DNA of 63,967 bases, counting the filler, from an uncultured bacterium (GTDB lineage Bacteria > CAYSBA01): NCBI GenBank assembly GCA_964429075.1. It is 4 parts of 4 records of this genome, joined end to end, with 100 filler letters (N's around TTAATTAATTAA, not from the genome) between each part and the next. Parts side by side here need not be neighbours in the genome. Positions count along the whole stretch, not along the records: positions 53,716 to 63,967 come from CAYSBA010000021.1; 3 more parts are not named here. One strand, 5' to 3'. The notes below the pieces were generated by a model. The model ran no database searches and was not told where the DNA came from. It was given only the letters and a program-made list of their open reading frames with translations. This document shows positions 60,987-63,967 of this stretch, piece by piece (position 1 is the stretch's first letter; each line of letters starts with the position of its first letter). Both the position numbers and the translations under genes were made by a program.

Positions 60987-61805
60987 ATGAAGAAGCTCCT
61001 TGCGACAATCCTGGTGCTGGGCACACTGGGTTATGTTTTATCTGCGGGTGCAGAGGAGGACGTCATCAAAAAGGTAAAGCACGGCCAGATCAACTGGACA
61101 AAGAAGGTTATTGTTGTAACCGGAACGGGTGCACCAAATCTTAAGGCAGATAATGTGGCCGTCGCGAGGATCGGGGCAGAGAGGGCTGCAAAATTGGATG
61201 CCCTAAGGAACCTCCTTGAGACAATCAAGGGGGTCAGGATCGACTCCACAAAGACGATCGCCGATGAGATGGAGAAGGACAACACCATAAGGGCAAAGGT
61301 TGAAGGTATAGTCAGAGGGTTTAAGGTGGTTGATACAAAGTATTTTTCAGACGGGGGAGTTGATGTGGTAGTGGAACTACCGCTTACAGGTGATTTATTG
61401 AAGGTCTTTTTCCCAGACAGGGCAACTAAAAATGATAAAAAAAGAGAGAAAAAGGCCAACAAAAAGCTAAAGAAGCTCTACACAGGGTTGATAGTAGATG
61501 CAAGATCGGTTGGTTTTGAACCTGCCCTTTCACCAACAATACTTGCCGGTGAAAAAAAGATATACGGAATTGACGTGATTGATAAAGATGTCTTCAAAAA
61601 GCAGGGTCTTGTAGGATATGTAGCAGACCTTGAGCTTGCAAAAAAAGATAAACGAGTTGGAGATCATCCTCTGGTAGTGAAGGCCAAGTCCAAGAAAGGC
61701 ACATCCGATATCGTTATAGATAAGAAGGAAGTAGAGGATATCCTTAGTGGCAAGGTTGATGATTCATTCCTGAAAGAGGGAAGGGTCCTTATTGTAATAA
61801 AATAG
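60987..61805 (+). CDS. Exported LPP20-family (FlgP-like) protein
   Basis: Signal peptide (AGA/EE); GQINWT...VTGTGAP, AERAAKLDALRNLLE.IKGVRIDS; C-terminal YTGLIVDAR domain. Confidence 0.7.
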   Translation: MKKLLATILVLGTLGYVLSAGAEEDVIKKVKHGQINWTKKVIVVTGTGAPNLKADNVAVARIGAERAAKLDALRNLLETIKGVRIDSTKTIADEMEKDNTIRAKVEGIVRGFKVVDTKYFSDGGVDVVVELPLTGDLLKVFFPDRATKNDKKREKKANKKLKKLYTGLIVDARSVGFEPALSPTILAGEKKIYGIDVIDKDVFKKQGLVGYVADLELAKKDKRVGDHPLVVKAKSKKGTSDIVIDKKEVEDILSGKVDDSFLKEGRVLIVIK

Positions 61806-61834
61806 TTTTTTTGTAATTCATGATGGAGATTAAG

Positions 61835-63001
61835 ATGAGAAAAAGATTTTTGATATCTTTTTTAATATTTGTTGCAGGTTTTATTTTCTGGAATAGTGGG
61901 TTTGCAAAAGATAAGAATGAGGTTGAGGTCGTAGTTACAGGTGAAGCTGCAATCTACAACGGTGATAAGATTCAGGCAAAGGATAAGGCAGTTGAGGCTG
62001 CTTTAAGAAATGCTGTAGAGCAGGCAGTTGGAACCTTTGTCTCATCAGAAACAATGGTCCAGAATTACGAAGTATTAAGTGATAAGATATACAGTCATGC
62101 AAAGGGCTATGTAAAACATTATAAGATACTTGAGACCTCTGATGATGGTAAGGCTGTCACCGTTAAGATAAAGGCAGTAGTCTCCACCAAAAAGCTTGAA
62201 GGAGATATAGAGGCAATCAAGATTCTATTGAGACGGATGGAAAAGCCAAGGGTACTTGTAATGATTGCTGAGAAGAATGTGGGTCAAGAGGGCTTCGTCT
62301 GCTGGTGGTGCAGCGGGGGCAATACCCTCGACGTCAACATTACTGAAAACACCATTATAGACTACTTCTCAAAGAAAGGTTTTCATATGGTAGATCGGAG
62401 AATTCAGGTTACAAACGCTGTGGCGAATATAGATAACAGTCAGGCCAAAAAGATTGCCGATCAGACCGATGCAGAGGTTGTGATTGTGGGGAAGGCTGTT
62501 GCAAATGATGCGGGTGTTGTGGCAGGAACCCAGATGCACAGTGGACAGGCAAATATATCTGTAAGGGTGTTAAAGGTAGATAATGGTGATATTATTGCAA
62601 CCTCAAATGCACACGGTGCCTTTATACACATAGATCCAGCAACAGCAGGTACTAAGGCCCTTGAAAAGGCAGCTAAAAAGTTATCAGAAGATCTTATGAA
62701 AAAGATTCTCGATGCATGGCAGGCCCAAACAAGCGGTGTCAATAAGGTTGTACTGGTTATAAAGGGGATAAGGAAGTATGCCTATCTGTCAAAGCTAAAA
62801 AATGCCCTTGTAAACCAGATAAGGGGTGTCGCGGATGTGGTAGAAAGGAGCATGAAAAATGGTGTAGCAAGGTTGCAGGTTGAGCTTAAGGGTTCAACAA
62901 GGGATCTTGCTACAGAGCTTTCAAGCAAGGGTCTTGGTGGCTACAAGGTTAAGATAGATGAAGTAACTCAGGATACCCTTGCCATCACAATCTCTAAGTA
63001 A
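61835..63001 (+). CDS. Exported protein with FlgT N-terminal domain plus a CsgG/TolB-N-like alpha/beta domain
   Basis: Signal peptide; VTGEAAI...AKDKAVEAALRNAVEQAVGTFVSSET; KPRVLVMIAE; AEVVIVGKA. Confidence 0.7.
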   Translation: MRKRFLISFLIFVAGFIFWNSGFAKDKNEVEVVVTGEAAIYNGDKIQAKDKAVEAALRNAVEQAVGTFVSSETMVQNYEVLSDKIYSHAKGYVKHYKILETSDDGKAVTVKIKAVVSTKKLEGDIEAIKILLRRMEKPRVLVMIAEKNVGQEGFVCWWCSGGNTLDVNITENTIIDYFSKKGFHMVDRRIQVTNAVANIDNSQAKKIADQTDAEVVIVGKAVANDAGVVAGTQMHSGQANISVRVLKVDNGDIIATSNAHGAFIHIDPATAGTKALEKAAKKLSEDLMKKILDAWQAQTSGVNKVVLVIKGIRKYAYLSKLKNALVNQIRGVADVVERSMKNGVARLQVELKGSTRDLATELSSKGLGGYKVKIDEVTQDTLAITISK

Positions 63002-63020
63002 ACACTCTCGGGAGGCAGTT

Positions 63021-63749
63021 ATGTTTTTCTCAAAAAGTATAAAAGGGTGGATATTCTGTATAACCATTCTATTTATTAGTGCAACAGCATTTGCAGGTCA
63101 GTATGCCAGGGTAACCCGTCTTGAGGGAAAGGCCTTTGCTGCAGGGAGTGTGAAGGGTCCATGGCATGCTATCAAAGTCGGTAGTAAATTGAGAAGGAGT
63201 GAGGTAGTAAAGACTGCGAAAGATTCAAGGATTGAAATTACACTGCCTGATGGGAGTGTTATAAGACTTTCTTCAGAGAGCAAGCTCGTACTCGAGAATA
63301 TAATGGTTTCAAAAAAGAAGAAAAAGAAGAAATTTTCCTTCAGGCTCCTACTCGGCAAGGCCTGGACAAAGGTAAAAAAACTTATGTCAAAAGACTCCTC
63401 TTTCAAGGTAAAGACCAAAAATGCAGTCGCAGGCGTTAGAGGCACAACCTTCAGGCTGAATGTGGAAAAGGATGAATCAACTGTAGTAAGGGTCTACAGT
63501 GGGGCCGTTGCAGTTGCCGTTATGCCAATCTATGCAAAGAAACATAGAAAGGGCAAAAGGGTGCAGGTCCCCGGTCCTCAGGAAATATCAAAGAAGAAAT
63601 GGGAAGAGATTGTCCTTAAGGCTATGCAGGAGGTGAGAGTAACTGCAAAAGGTGAGCTTGAACCCCCCAGAGAGTTTAAGGCAGAGGATGAGAAGGAAAA
63701 CGAGTGGGTTATGTGGAACAAAAAGCTGGACGAGGCGCTGGAAAAGTAG
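63021..63749 (+). CDS. Exported FecR-domain protein
   Basis: GGAGG RBS; signal peptide (AFA/G); DGSVIRLS, LLLGKAW, TKNAVAGVRGTTF, VRVYSGAV. Confidence 0.8.
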   Translation: MFFSKSIKGWIFCITILFISATAFAGQYARVTRLEGKAFAAGSVKGPWHAIKVGSKLRRSEVVKTAKDSRIEITLPDGSVIRLSSESKLVLENIMVSKKKKKKKFSFRLLLGKAWTKVKKLMSKDSSFKVKTKNAVAGVRGTTFRLNVEKDESTVVRVYSGAVAVAVMPIYAKKHRKGKRVQVPGPQEISKKKWEEIVLKAMQEVRVTAKGELEPPREFKAEDEKENEWVMWNKKLDEALEK

Positions 63750-63967
63750 TTTTTTTGTTTGTTGTTGTTACCTCTATATTAGTTTTTTCTGCTAATTCCG
63801 TTGAGAGTGAAAATACCTTTTTGTTTAAACCATCTGTTGCTATTTTGATGGATGAGGACTATCTTGAAAAAGATGGAGTCTTTCAGGCACTAAGCAGACA
63901 GGTACCCGATCTTATCTACATAAAACCAAAGTCAAGGATGATTCCAAACAGGACCATAGGAGTACTT
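63713..63967 (+). CDS. Partial exported protein (5' end; runs off the window)
   Basis: GTG at 63713 overlaps the FecR gene; MEQKAGRGAGKVVFLFVVVTSILVFSA is signal-like; frame open to the window end; not in the ORF track. Confidence 0.5.
   Translation, partial: MEQKAGRGAGKVVFLFVVVTSILVFSANSVESENTFLFKPSVAILMDEDYLEKDGVFQALSRQVPDLIYIKPKSRMIPNRTIGVL

Overview
Low-GC bacterial sequence, probably from a metagenome bin. It consists of four unrelated contigs (1-20048, 20149-37180, 37281-53615, 53716-63967) joined by artificial 100-nt N/TTAATTAATTAA spacers, so gene order must not be read across these joins. The gene content is deltaproteobacterial/Myxococcota-like: yebC-ruvCAB, a complete gspC-N type II secretion operon behind a clear sigma-54 promoter with enhancer boxes, ftsB next to a DmxA-like diguanylate cyclase, Cys-rich and Ig-like surface lipoproteins, pyrG-kdsA-kdsC, and secF-recJ. 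Di-myo-inositol-phosphate synthesis genes and an EndoQ-UvrD fusion point to thermophily, and kamDE, kal and kce point to B12-dependent lysine fermentation. The main things worth following up are: an uncharacterised exported LPP20(FlgP-like)/FlgT-like/FecR-domain operon; a lipoprotein with about 101 Cys that combines Kazal domains, MopE-like motifs and an unnamed Trp-Cys repeat; an EndoQ-helicase ending in a beta-clamp motif; a frameshifted IPCT/DIPPS gene; a T16 tract in gspF; and an unannotated scar holding two gene stumps (a PLD-SNF2 helicase and an MFS-spermidine synthase). No CRISPR array, rRNA or intact mobile element was seen. All family calls come from motif recognition by eye, not from database searches.
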